This document shows, piece by piece, positions 1 to 8,322 of a stretch of 14,059 bases of DNA. Position 1 is the first letter of the stretch. Each line of letters opens with the position of its first letter. The notes under the pieces were generated by a model. It saw only the letters and a program-made list of their open reading frames with translations, was not told where the DNA came from and searched no databases. Both the position numbers and the translations under genes were made by a program. Source of the stretch: Octopus sinensis (taxonomy: Eukaryota); contig NW_021825963.1 in assembly GCF_006345805.1 (NCBI RefSeq), positions 1 to 14,059 on the forward strand. The letters are read 5' to 3'.

Positions 1-354
1 AATCAGAGAGAAAATATTGAAATAAATATATGTAAAGTAAATATCTAAATAGCACAATAATAGACAAAGGGAGAGAAGGCGATAGACAGATAGATATATC
101 TATATATATATGCGTATGTGTGTGCGGTAGCACATACTAAAAGACGGTTAGACAGTCAGGGAGACAGAAGTATGGTGACGGTGCTTTGAGATTTGTAGTG
201 TTGAGGAAAAGAAAGAAAGCAGTGAAGTAGGTTTTTTTTTTATTTTTTGTGCTGTTTTGTTTTGTTTTTAATGCTTTTTCTGAGACTGTCACGTGACAAT
301 TGAAAGAGGAAAAAAATATTACCCCAAACCACTGTTTCCATATATATGACTTCA

Positions 355-823
355 CGCAGGAGTGGCTGTGTGGTAAGTAGTTTGGTTTATCTCTTTTATG
401 TTGAGTGACTGTGTGGTAAGTAGCTTGCTAACCAACCACATGTGGTCCGGTTCAGTCCCACTGCGTGGCATCTTGGGCAAGTGTCTTCTGCTATAGCCCC
501 GGGGCCGACCAATGCTTGTGAGTGGATTTGGTAGACGGAAACTGATAGAGCCTGTCGTATATATGTATATATATATATTATATATGTATGTGTGTTGTAT
601 GTATGTGTTTGTGTGTCTGTTGTGTTTGTCCCCCTAGCATCGCTTGACAACCGATGCTGGTGTGTTTACGTCTCCGTCACTTAGCGGTTCGGCAAAAGGG
701 ACTGATAGAATAAGTACTGGGCTTACAAAAGAATAAGTCCCGGGGTCGATTTTCTCGACTAAAGGCGGTGCTCCAGCATGGCCGCAGTCAAATGACTGAA
801 ACAAGTAAAAGAGTAAAAGAGTA
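355..823 (+). mobile_element. tRNA-derived SINE, family A (near full length, internal TA/TG microsatellite, duplicated 5' head)
   Basis: Homologous over about 400 nt to the minus copy at 5341-5737 and to 12429-12595. It has an A-box-like TGGCTGTGTGG, a B-box-like GGTTCAGTCCC, CTTGGGCAAGT (similar to the CORE start) and a tail of (GTAAAAGA)n. Confidence 0.85.
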
Positions 824-1099
824 TTCACACAAATTACCCACTCGTGACTGGTTCCCTTCCATTGAGCTCATGCCGGCACAATATAAAGCTGACAACGTGT
901 TAAATTAATACAATTAAAATGCTGTGATAAACTGATATTCATTAGTTAATTACGAGTTTCTTTTATTGAATTCTTATTCTATCACAAAACAACCGTTGGA
1001 AATATAATCCGTGTTAAGGGCTTCGTTAGAATTGCAACTGTGTGGTAAGTAGAGGTTTTATTCCTGTTATGTCCGTATTTATCCCTTGCACAGCGATCG

Positions 1100-1260
1100 C
1101 GTCCTGTCCATGAAACGAGGCGGTACTTTGCTCAGCGTCCGATCCATACTACGAGGGGTTGCTTTTGTCATCGCCCGGTCCATACAACGAAAGGGTACTT
1201 CTCACAAAGCCCTAATTCATTAAACAGAGATGTACTTTGCTCATTGACTCCCCATGGAAA
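1100..1260. repeat. Degenerate 36-bp tandem repeat, about 4.5 units
   Basis: Units start at 1100, 1136, 1172, about 1209 and about 1246; consensus is roughly CGTCCNGTCCATACAACGAGGNGGTACTTTGCTCAN. Confidence 0.8.
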
Positions 1261-1712
1261 ACATGTTGCTTTTTCTTTTCTTTTCTTCTTTTTTTTTCTC
1301 TCAGAACCTACTTCACTAAATGCGTGTGTGCTTTTATCATTCGACAGACACATTGCTGGCATTTTTTCTGTATATATATTCAATTCGTTTCGCTAAAGGA
1401 CGGCGTTAGTCTTTGTTTATGTATAAAGTTGTACAAGTTTACGCCTTCCCGTCTGAAATCTTTTTCTTGATCTTAACAAACGTATATTGTTACGAGCAAA
1501 ACAGCATTTTCTATACAATTTTCTTGACAAATGAAATGTGAAAGTCGTACATTAAATACAAAAGAGTAAATTCAGTAAATAATTAAATAAATACGATATA
1601 TTATACTAATATGGTGTCTAGGCAGATATAAAAAGGGCTGTTGGTTATATATTTATTTATACATTTATTTTTTTATTTTTCATTTTAAATCTTTCACGAA
1701 TTATTACAGTAT

Positions 1713-2099
1713 GGAGGCGCAATGGCCCAGTGATTAGGGCAGCGGATTCGCGGTAGTAGGATCGCGGTTTCGATTCCCAAACCGGGCGGGGCGTTGTGAG
1801 TGTTTATTGAGCGAAAACACCAAAAGTTCCATGAGGCTCCGGTAGTGGGTGGTGGCGGACCTTGCTGTGCTCTTTCGCCACAACATTCTCTCTTTCTTCC
1901 TTTTTCTATTGTACCTGTATTTCCGAGAGCCAGCCTTGTCACACTCGGTGTCACGCTGAATCTCCCCGAGAACTACATTAAGGGTACACTCTGTGGAGTG
2001 CTCAGCCACTTACACGTTAATTTCACCTGCAGGCTGTTCCGTTGATCGGATCAACTGGAACCCTCGTCATCGTAACCGACGGAGTGCCACGATGATGAT
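1713..2099 (+). mobile_element. tRNA-derived SINE, family C (apparently full length)
   Basis: Head GGAGGCGCAATGGCCCAGTGATTAGGGC (A box) ... GGTTTCGATTCCC (B box). It has a GC-rich body, a 3' hairpin GTTCC-GTTGATC-G-GATCAAC-T-GGAAC (2036-2061) and a (GAT)n tail. Confidence 0.8.
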
Positions 2100-2100
2100 C

Positions 2101-2336
2101 GTACGTATGCATGTATGTCATTATTCAGTTTATTCCAAGATTTCTTTCCAATAGAGAAAGAACCGGTTTCTAACCTAGATCTAAGGTTCTTTCATTGGAA
2201 TTTAAACATCATGGCGGTGCCCCAGCATGGCCACAGCTTGTGAGCTGAAACTAGATAAAAATTTAAAAAATAAAAATCAACAACAGGGCATTTTTGTTTG
2301 TTTGTATCTAAGTGCAGATTTGTATGTTTTAAGAAT
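2101..2336. repeat. Probable interspersed repeat interrupted by a SINE 3' fragment
   Basis: The sequence reads ...AAACATCA|insert|...ATCAACAACAGG with a short ATCA repeat at both sides of the insert. That it belongs to a repeat family is recalled and is not shown by a second copy in the window. Confidence 0.35.
2212..2276 (+). mobile_element. 3' end fragment of a family A-like SINE
   Basis: GGCGGTGCCCCAGCATGGCCACAGC..CTGAAAC + A-rich tail, compared with GGCGGTGCTCCAGCATGGCCGCAGTC..CTGAAAC at 764-802. Confidence 0.75.
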
Positions 2337-2466
2337 GTATTGTCATGATACAGTTGTATATCTAGACATGCTCATATATATTTAAATGATAAACTTCTGG
2401 AAAGTTTTACAGATTTTTACAGTTCCAGTGATGGATTGGATCTGTAGTCTTCAAATTAGCTATAGG

Positions 2467-2580
2467 TACGTACGTGCGTACGTACGTATGTATGCATGTA
2501 TGTATGTATGTATGTATGTATGTATGTATGTATGTATGTATGCATGCATGTAAATGTATATATATATATGATGATGATGA
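2467..2580. repeat. Compound microsatellite (TACG)/(TATG)n/(TA)n/(GAT)n
   Basis: Directly visible. Confidence 0.95.
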
Positions 2581-2691
2581 TAGAGTCTCCTGTCGTATGA
2601 GGATTCGGCAATCTCTTGCCAAAAAGCCACACGTGATTTGTTTATAGTGATCAAATGTTTGTGTAAACATAAGCCCACTCCCCGCATCAAA

Positions 2692-2851
2692 TCGATATTA
2701 CCTGTAGAGGTGCACCCGCAACATGTCAGATGAAATGATCGCAGAGCAAGGTGTAATGAAGTGTTTTGCTCAAGAACACAACGCTATCCGGTCTGCAAAT
2801 CGAAATCACGACCTTGCAATCGTCAGTGTAACACCCTAACCGCTAAGCCAT
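2692..2851 (-). mobile_element. tRNA-derived SINE, family E (5' part)
   Basis: The minus strand reads TGGCTTAGCGGTTAGGGTGT (A box) ... GATTTCGATTT (decayed B box) ... GTGTTCTTGAGCAAAACACTTCA (CORE-like). A near-identical copy is at 4115-4237. Confidence 0.8.
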
Positions 2852-3032
2852 AAGGGATTTTTTTCCAATAATAATATTGTACACGACTTGAGATGTTTGC
2901 CGTGTCTTAACGATTGTCGTCCTCTTTAGCAATTAAATATCAGCTGCACCGGAAGTCTGCAATTGTTGCATAAATACCTGGCGTACCTAATTGTTTAAAT
3001 CACCTGTGAACTAAAAGCCTATACTTTGCATG

Positions 3033-3202
3033 TATGTGTGTGTGTGTATATATATATATATAAATATATAGTGAAGGGAAGAAATGGAGCCGACGAAGAT
3101 TCTACAAAATTCCTTTTATATATATATATATATATATGTATATAATATATATATATATATATATAGTATATATATATATATATATATAATATATATATAT
3201 AT
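3033..3202. repeat. (TG)/(TA)n microsatellites enclosing a short unique insert (about 3071-3116)
   Basis: Directly visible. Confidence 0.95.
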
Positions 3203-3275
3203 ACCTTCATTTGTGAGATAACAAGGCTATCATTGCTTTTATATCGAGATAAATCTTAACAGTTGTCAACCTGCC

Positions 3276-3323
3276 ATACACACACACACACACCACCCAC
3301 AACACACAAACGCAAACATATAT

Positions 3324-3378
<55 letters not shown>

Positions 3379-3443
3379 ATATATGTATAATATGTATGTA
3401 TATATGTATGTATATATGTATGTATGTATATATGTGTGTGTGC

Positions 3444-3488
<45 letters not shown>
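3276..3488. repeat. (AC)n/(TA)n/(TATG)n compound microsatellite
   Basis: Directly visible. Confidence 0.95.
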
Positions 3489-3490
<2 letters not shown>

Positions 3491-3491
<1 letters not shown>

Positions 3492-3689
3492 AAGTTATCC
3501 AAACAAAGAAAGTACACAAAAAAAACACAACAACGCGAGGACGTGGAACAAATATAGTATTATTGGACGCTCAGGAAAGAAGGAGGGTTTAACGTTTCGA
3601 GCGAAGCTCATCGTCGGAAACATAGGAGAAGGAAAGATCCAGGGAAGGGAAGACAAGAGGAAAAAAATCGCCAACGGTAACACGAGGTC

Positions 3690-3690
<1 letters not shown>
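3491..3690 (-). mobile_element. About 200-bp non-coding element embedded between (TA)n arrays and carrying a hammerhead motif (Penelope/retrozyme-like)
   Basis: Sharp transitions from (TA)n to complex sequence at both ends, with an internal hammerhead fold at 3587-3621. The PLE assignment is inference. Confidence 0.6.
3587..3621 (-). ncRNA. Minimal type I hammerhead ribozyme motif (variant core)
   Basis: The minus strand reads GUUU-CCGACGA-U-GAGC(UUC)GCUC-GAA-ACGU-U-AAAC. Stem I is GUUU/AAAC, stem II is GAGC/GCUC, stem III is the palindromic ACGU, and the triplet is GUU. It deviates from consensus by U4C and one extra nt after A9. Confidence 0.7.

Positions 3691-3737
<47 letters not shown>
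3690..3737. repeat. (TA)n microsatellite
   Basis: Directly visible. Confidence 0.95.
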
Positions 3738-3738
<1 letters not shown>

Positions 3739-4114
3739 ATATAATAACAAATAATCAGTATCATAGTATATTCGTATAATGGCATATAATAAAATAAAAT
3801 AACCGTGATTGTTAAACGAATCGAATGAAGCAAGTTTCGCGTAAATCGCTAAAGGAATTTTCAAGCTATTAGAGATATAAATACTCAAAACGAAAATATT
3901 CTTCATCCTTCAAGGGAAGAAACTCTTATCTTTCTGTTAGACAGTGAGATCACCACAAAGAAATACGATTTTTTTTTTGATTTTTTTTTTTTACAATTTC
4001 TATTTTCGGTTTTGCTAAACACAATATTTTAATCTGAACATGACAGTAGGGGGTTACACCACCGTTGTTTATCCCTAGGAAGCATCGACGCTTCCTGATG
4101 GCTTTGACACATTT

Positions 4115-4237
4115 TCGATATTACTTGTAGAGGTGCACCATGCGCTACATGTCAGACGACGAAATGATCGCAGAGCAAGGTGTAATGAAGTGTTTTGCTC
4201 AAGAATACAACGCTATCCGGTCTGCGAATCGAAATCA
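4115..4237 (-). mobile_element. tRNA-derived SINE, family E, second copy (head truncated)
   Basis: Aligns to 2692-2808 with few differences and shares TGATCGCAGAGCAAGGTGTAATGAAGTGTTTTGCTCAAGAA. Confidence 0.8.
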
Positions 4238-4553
4238 TTCCTTTATGTACACTGTTTTGTTCTGCTTTTTTATATTTAACCCTACAGTCTCTTATGTGGT
4301 GGTTTAATAAAGTATGTGATTGAGTATTATCTGGTAATTGATATTTGATTTAGCTGTATTTCTCCATTTTCTTATCTTGTATTAGTAATTTGTGGTAAAT
4401 CATTTTACCTTTGTCCATATAATACAGTAAATGAATTGATTGCATCGCAATCATTAACATTTATGTATTAACTTTGTTGGGTACTTCAGTAGCAGTATAT
4501 TGGATATACGTTATCCCATAGAGGGTTGCATTTACAACCCCTATCTCAATTTG

Positions 4554-4584
<31 letters not shown>

Positions 4585-4757
4585 TATATACGGCAAGTTT
4601 ACCCACAATTTCCTTTAACCGATTCAATCTCCTCACAAATCTTTGGTCGCCCTAAGGAAATAAGAGAAGTCACTTGCTTAAGATTCCGTGCACCAGGGTT
4701 GAACCTGAAGCCACAAGGGTGCAAAGCTTACTTCTTAAGCACAAAGCCATACTTGCA
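4554..4757 (-). mobile_element. Old, diverged 5' half of a family A-like SINE plus adjacent (TA)n (4554-4590)
   Basis: CACAAATCTTTGGTCGCCC...AGAAGTCACTTGCTTAAG...TTGAACCTG..CCAC aligns with CACAAGACTTTGGTCGGCCC...AGAAGACACTTGCCCAAG...CTGAACCCG..CCAT at 5627-5707. Confidence 0.6.
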
Positions 4758-4810
4758 TCTAAATACGAACTTACAATCTACTGTTTTGACATTTAAATGT
4801 AGTTCGCTGT

Positions 4811-4843
4811 TCTTCATTTTCGTTACTCTTTCTCTCTTTGCAG
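4811..4843 (+). promoter_or_regulatory. 3' splice acceptor 2 nt upstream of the LOX ATG, implying an upstream (probably non-coding) exon
   Basis: TCTTCATTTTCGTTACTCTTTCTCTCTTTGCAG|AG ATG. Confidence 0.75.
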
Positions 4844-4845
4844 AG

Positions 4846-5331
4846 ATGGGCGTGAAACAATCGAGATTCAACAACGTACTCGTAGTACAAACTGGTAATC
4901 AGAGAGGTTCGTCTACTGATTCCGATGTTTTCGTTATATTATACGATACTTCGGGAAACGCCACCGAGAAGATGCTTCTAGACAACATCTGTAAAGATGA
5001 TTTTAAAACAGGCGCCCATGACACGTTTTTTATTAATCTGCCAGTTTCATTTAGAGAAGTGGCGAAAATTGAACTTTGGACTAAACAGTGTCATATCGAG
5101 TTAACGTCTTCGAATTGGTTTATTGATGTAATTGAATTTAGGCGCCATTTTGGAGGAAATACCATCACTTTTCCTGTTTTCCGTTGGATTAAACCAGAAG
5201 TCCATTATTATTTGTATCCGTGGGATGCTTTCTTACCTCACCATGATCCGGATAAATCTCAACGTGCGGCCGAAATCGAATACAAATGTACGATCTATAA
5301 GTTAAACTATCAAGAAAATTTTCCTGTTACG
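4846..5331 (+). CDS. Lipoxygenase, first coding exon (N-terminal PLAT/LH2 domain and linker), 162 codons
   Basis: MGVKQSRFNNVLVVQTGNQRGSSTDSDVFVILYDTSG...DDFKTGAHDTF...NWFIDVIEF...FPVFRWI...FLPHHDP...YKLNYQENFPVT matches the PLAT pattern (V.TG....TD..V.I.L.G; DF..G..D.F; W....I; FP..RW). A polypyrimidine tract and TTTGCAG acceptor end at 4843, the ATG is at 4846, and a phase-0 donor GTGAGT is at 5332. It splices in frame to three downstream LOX-like exons. Confidence 0.93.
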
Positions 5332-5340
5332 GTGAGTAAA

Positions 5341-5737
5341 CTCTTTCCTCTTTACTCTTTTAATTGTTTCAGTCATCTGAATGCGGCCATGCTGGAGCAC
5401 CGCCTTTAATCGAGCAACTCGACCCCGGGACTTATTCTTTTGTAAGCCCAGTACTTATTCTATCGGTCTCTTTGCCGAAACGCTAAGTAACGGAGACATA
5501 AACACATCAGCATCGGTTGTCAAGCAATGCTAGGGGGACAAACACAGACACACAAACACACACACGCACACATATATATACATATATACGACGGGCTTCT
5601 TTCAGTTTCCGTCTACCAAATCCATTCACAAGACTTTGGTCGGCCCGAGGCTATAGTAGAAGACACTTGCCCAAGATGCTACGCAGTGGGACTGAACCCG
5701 GGACCATGTGGTTGGTAAACAAGCTACTTACCTTACC
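5341..5737 (-). mobile_element. SINE family A, antisense, starting 9 nt after the exon 1 donor
   Basis: Reverse-complement match to about 410-823. Confidence 0.88.
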
Positions 5738-5908
5738 AAAAATTTACTTCTAATCAGTGATGTTTATAAACATAATGATTTGTTAAAAATGATGGAATAT
5801 GTCAGAAGGCAGACTATAGTATTGTTGCTGTTGTTATGGTTATTATTGTCAGAGCTGGTTCCAGACCGCTCAGCGCCAAAAGTCAGGCCTGCAGTGTTAA
5901 CCTTCCTT

Positions 5909-6069
5909 CCAGCCCTACAATGTGCAATCCCTTCTCTCAGTGTCCCACTCTCCCTACTCTCCCCACGCTACAATCTGCACCCACTTCTCCTTGCTCTACA
6001 AAGCCTCCCCTTCCCAACCCCTTCAATGCGGCCCCCTTCTCCTGGCCCTACAATGTGCATCCCCCTTTC
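5909..6069. repeat. C-rich degenerate minisatellite with a period of about 26-28 bp, about 6 units
   Basis: CTACAA/CTTCAA anchors at 5915, 5968, 5996, 6021 and 6048; unit is roughly CCNGCCCTACAATGTGCANCCCTTCTC. Confidence 0.75.
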
Positions 6070-6112
6070 GAACCTTGTGTCTAGAGTAGAAAAGAATAAT
6101 TGGATTGCTACA

Positions 6113-6321
6113 GGTAAGCTGGCAGACTCGTTAACACACCGGGCGAAATGCTGAACGACATTACGTCTGCCGTTACGTTCTGAGTTCAAATTCCGCCGAG
6201 GCCGATTTTGTCTTTCATCCTTTCGGGGTCGATAAATTAGGTACCAGTTGCGCACTGGGGTCGATCTAATCGACTGGCCCCCTCCCCAAAATTTTCAGGC
6301 TTTGTTCCTAGAGTAGAAAAG
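6113..6321 (+). mobile_element. tRNA-derived SINE, family B monomer
   Basis: CTGGCAGA...GAGTTCAAATTCC (B box)...CCTAGAGTAGAAAAG; homologous to 8851-9234, 9403-9605 and 13321-13463. Confidence 0.85.
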
Positions 6322-6331
6322 CAAAATAGCT

Positions 6332-6542
6332 GACAGGTTTGCGCGGCAGGTTATGCGTTCGGGCTGGCTATCAGCATCAAGAAAACTGAGGTTTTATTCC
6401 AACAAAAGCCAGAATATATACTCAAGACACAAATGGAATGATTGACAATACGACACTCAAATGGATCAGGTCATTAAAATATTTTGGAAGAAGATTAAAC
6501 TTTAAGAGTACGCTTGATGTGGAAATCAATGTTAGAATATCT
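6332..6542 (+). pseudogene. Decayed RTE-clade LINE reverse transcriptase fragment
   Basis: Frameshifted translation DRFAR(A)GYAFGLAISIKKTEVLFQQKP ... IDNTTLKWIRSLKYFGRRLNFKSTLDVEINVRIS matches RTE/BovB 'FGL.IS.KKTEV...F.YLGS......D.EI..RI'. Confidence 0.75.
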
Positions 6543-7006
6543 GTGGTTACACATGTTTGTTTTGTTTTTTTTTGGAAAACTTTCCCATCGTTTGTGGGAT
6601 GAACACGGGGTCAGGTTGAAAACTAAAACAACGTTTTGCAACTTGAAACTTTTCACGTGTGTTGTCTGTGCAATATCTGCAATATAAACGGATCCATTGA
6701 TCCATTACCGATTTAAAACCACGGAAACAGCTGTAAGACATTATTTACTTTTACTTTTCCTTACTTCGATTCAGCTTTACATTAATTGCATTAATTAAAA
6801 TAATTTAAATGATATGATAAGTTCCTCCTACCTTGGTTGTATTTGCCTCTTCCTTTAATTTATACCCGCTGACTCGGATGTCTCCTACGGATCTCTACCT
6901 CCAGCCTCTGTTGTGAACTTGGAGCCTAACGGACCATCAATTACAGTACTATGCAGCGTACCTACCGATTAGATCATCGGTGACCTAAACCCTTTTCTGT
7001 TTACGA

Positions 7007-7308
7007 GCTTACCATCGTGAGGTTGTGAGTTCGAATCCCGGACCGGGCTGCGTGTTGTGTTCTTGAGCAAGACACTTTATTTCACGTTGCTTCAGTTCAC
7101 TCAGCTGTAGTAATGAGTTGTGGCGTCACGGGTGCCAAGCTGTATCGGCCCCTTTGCCTTTCCTTTGGATAACACTGGTGGCGTGGAGAGGGGAGGCCGG
7201 TTTGCAGGGGCGACTGCTGGTCTTCCATAAACAACCTTGCCCGGACTTGTGTCTGGGAGGGTAACTTTCTAGGTGCAATCCCACGGTTAGTCATGACCGA
7301 AGGGGTCT

Positions 7309-7309
<1 letters not shown>
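7007..7309 (+). mobile_element. tRNA-derived CORE-like SINE, family D (5'-truncated), followed by (TA)n at 7310-7346
   Basis: B box GAGTTCGAATCCC (7027-7039), then TCTTGAGCAAGACACTTTA...CTTCAGTTCACTCAGCTGTAG resembling the CORE domain (CCTTGGGCAAGTCACTTAAC...CTCAGTTTCCTCATCTGTAA). Confidence 0.72.
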
Positions 7310-7349
<40 letters not shown>

Positions 7350-7728
7350 ATCGTTATACACATAACGGTCTTATCCTTATATACCTATATATCGACTATC
7401 AAATGTAGATAGGCAACCATCTTAAGCACATTAAGATCAATCGATTAAGAAGGGTCTGGTTTTCCGTGAATTATGCATATCCTGTTCAGCTGGGATCAAA
7501 TCACGCAAAGAAAGTTCACCCAGTGTTGTATGAGATGAGCTGGTCATATCTCGGGCGCCTTTCATAGCTCACCTGTTGTAAAATAACTACAATAATACAA
7601 AAATACCAGACATATTCTGGGGCCGATTAAATTGAGAATCTGTTCGAATAATAATGTGTTGCTTCGTTTTGGTCATTAACCTCGACATGACTTAATGAAA
7701 CTTTTGTGGCTTTTATATTTCTGTGTAG

Positions 7729-7773
7729 TGTGAAGAACTGCCACGCGACGAAGAATTCCCATTAAAATATAAG
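7729..7773 (+). CDS. Lipoxygenase exon 2 (45-nt exon, CEELPRDEEFPLKYK)
   Basis: Acceptor TTTCTGTGTAG ends at 7728 and donor GTAAGT starts at 7774; phase 0-0. The peptide matches the LOX 'LP.DE.F' motif that follows 'FP/PG.P'. It is absent from the ORF track. Confidence 0.88.
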
Positions 7774-7783
7774 GTAAGTATTA

Positions 7784-7816
7784 AATAATAATAATAATAA
7801 TATAATAATAATAATA

Positions 7817-7848
<32 letters not shown>

Positions 7849-7863
7849 TGATGATGATAATAA
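7784..7863. repeat. (AAT)n/(GAT)n microsatellite 10 nt after the exon 2 donor
   Basis: Directly visible. Confidence 0.95.
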
Positions 7864-8067
7864 TCTAGTCAAAACTCATGTCGGATCAGAGGAAATATTA
7901 ACAATGACAAATAGTAAATAAAATGCAAATAATAATATCAGTGATGATAAGAATAATAATGTAAGGAAGCGGTTGAAATTCCCCTATGCTCTGATTGATT
8001 ATATATCCAGCGATAGTGTCACAATAAAAACACTGGTAATTGCGCAACCTGATAATCGCTACCTTAT

Positions 8068-8322
8068 ATGAGTGTCAATGAAAAAACAAAATATTGTGAA
8101 TAATGGTGGTAATGAAACTGAAGCCCTTGATGGTGACAGTGTTACACCCGGCAGGCTCAGAGATACTGGTCCGACTCCAGCCTGTCGTTATCGATAAGGG
8201 ACCAGCACACACGTCGTAGATGGAACAAACAAGTCAATGCTGTGGTCATGGAGTGTTACTACCTGAGCAACCACGTAGACGAAAACGGTTTTCATCTTAG
8301 GGGATACCGACAACGTATATAT
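8068..8322 (+). pseudogene. N-terminal ORF relic of an R4/Dong-like non-LTR retrotransposon
   Basis: 8209-8322 translates as TRRRWNKQVNAVVMECYYLSNHVDENGFHLRGYRQRIY, matching the recalled R4/Dong N-terminal motif R.KW....N..VM.CYY.S.P....GYR.RM. Upstream frames are broken (ATG 8068; ...GDSVTPGRLRDTGP). Confidence 0.6.

Noticed and set aside
1100-1260. CRISPR-like array (36-bp period)
   Set aside because: The units are contiguous with no unique spacers, the context is eukaryotic, and there are no cas genes.
1713-1790. tRNA gene (also at 2780-2851, 7007-7045 and the A and B heads)
   Set aside because: A and B boxes are present but there is no complete cloverleaf, and each continues into a SINE body.
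3071-3116. Hammerhead-like GGAG-CCGACGA...TTCC inside (TA)n
   Set aside because: Only 13 nt separate the core from the putative stem I partner, with no stem II, GAAA or NUH; at best a collapsed relic.
2407-3833. YI/IH/YM-rich ORFs
   Set aside because: Translations of (TA)n and (TATG)n microsatellites.
4077-4096. 20-bp imperfect palindrome AGGAAGCATCGACGCTTCCT
   Set aside because: Short, single and adjacent to a SINE E copy, so probably part of that element.
1-4843. Catalase-like allene oxide synthase exons upstream of the PLAT domain
   Set aside because: No recognisable catalase-like peptide seen in any frame; exons outside the window cannot be excluded.
4699-4845. N-terminal 49 aa of the 236-aa ORF (GTG start) and its read-through to 5409
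   Set aside because: The upstream part lies in a decayed SINE and a polypyrimidine acceptor; the downstream part is intron plus SINE tail after the GTGAGT donor.
5708-6154. 148-aa ORF and the overlapping Pro/Ser-rich 82-aa ORF
   Set aside because: They are open because of the C-rich minisatellite and SINE sequence; no domain similarity and no splice fit to LOX.
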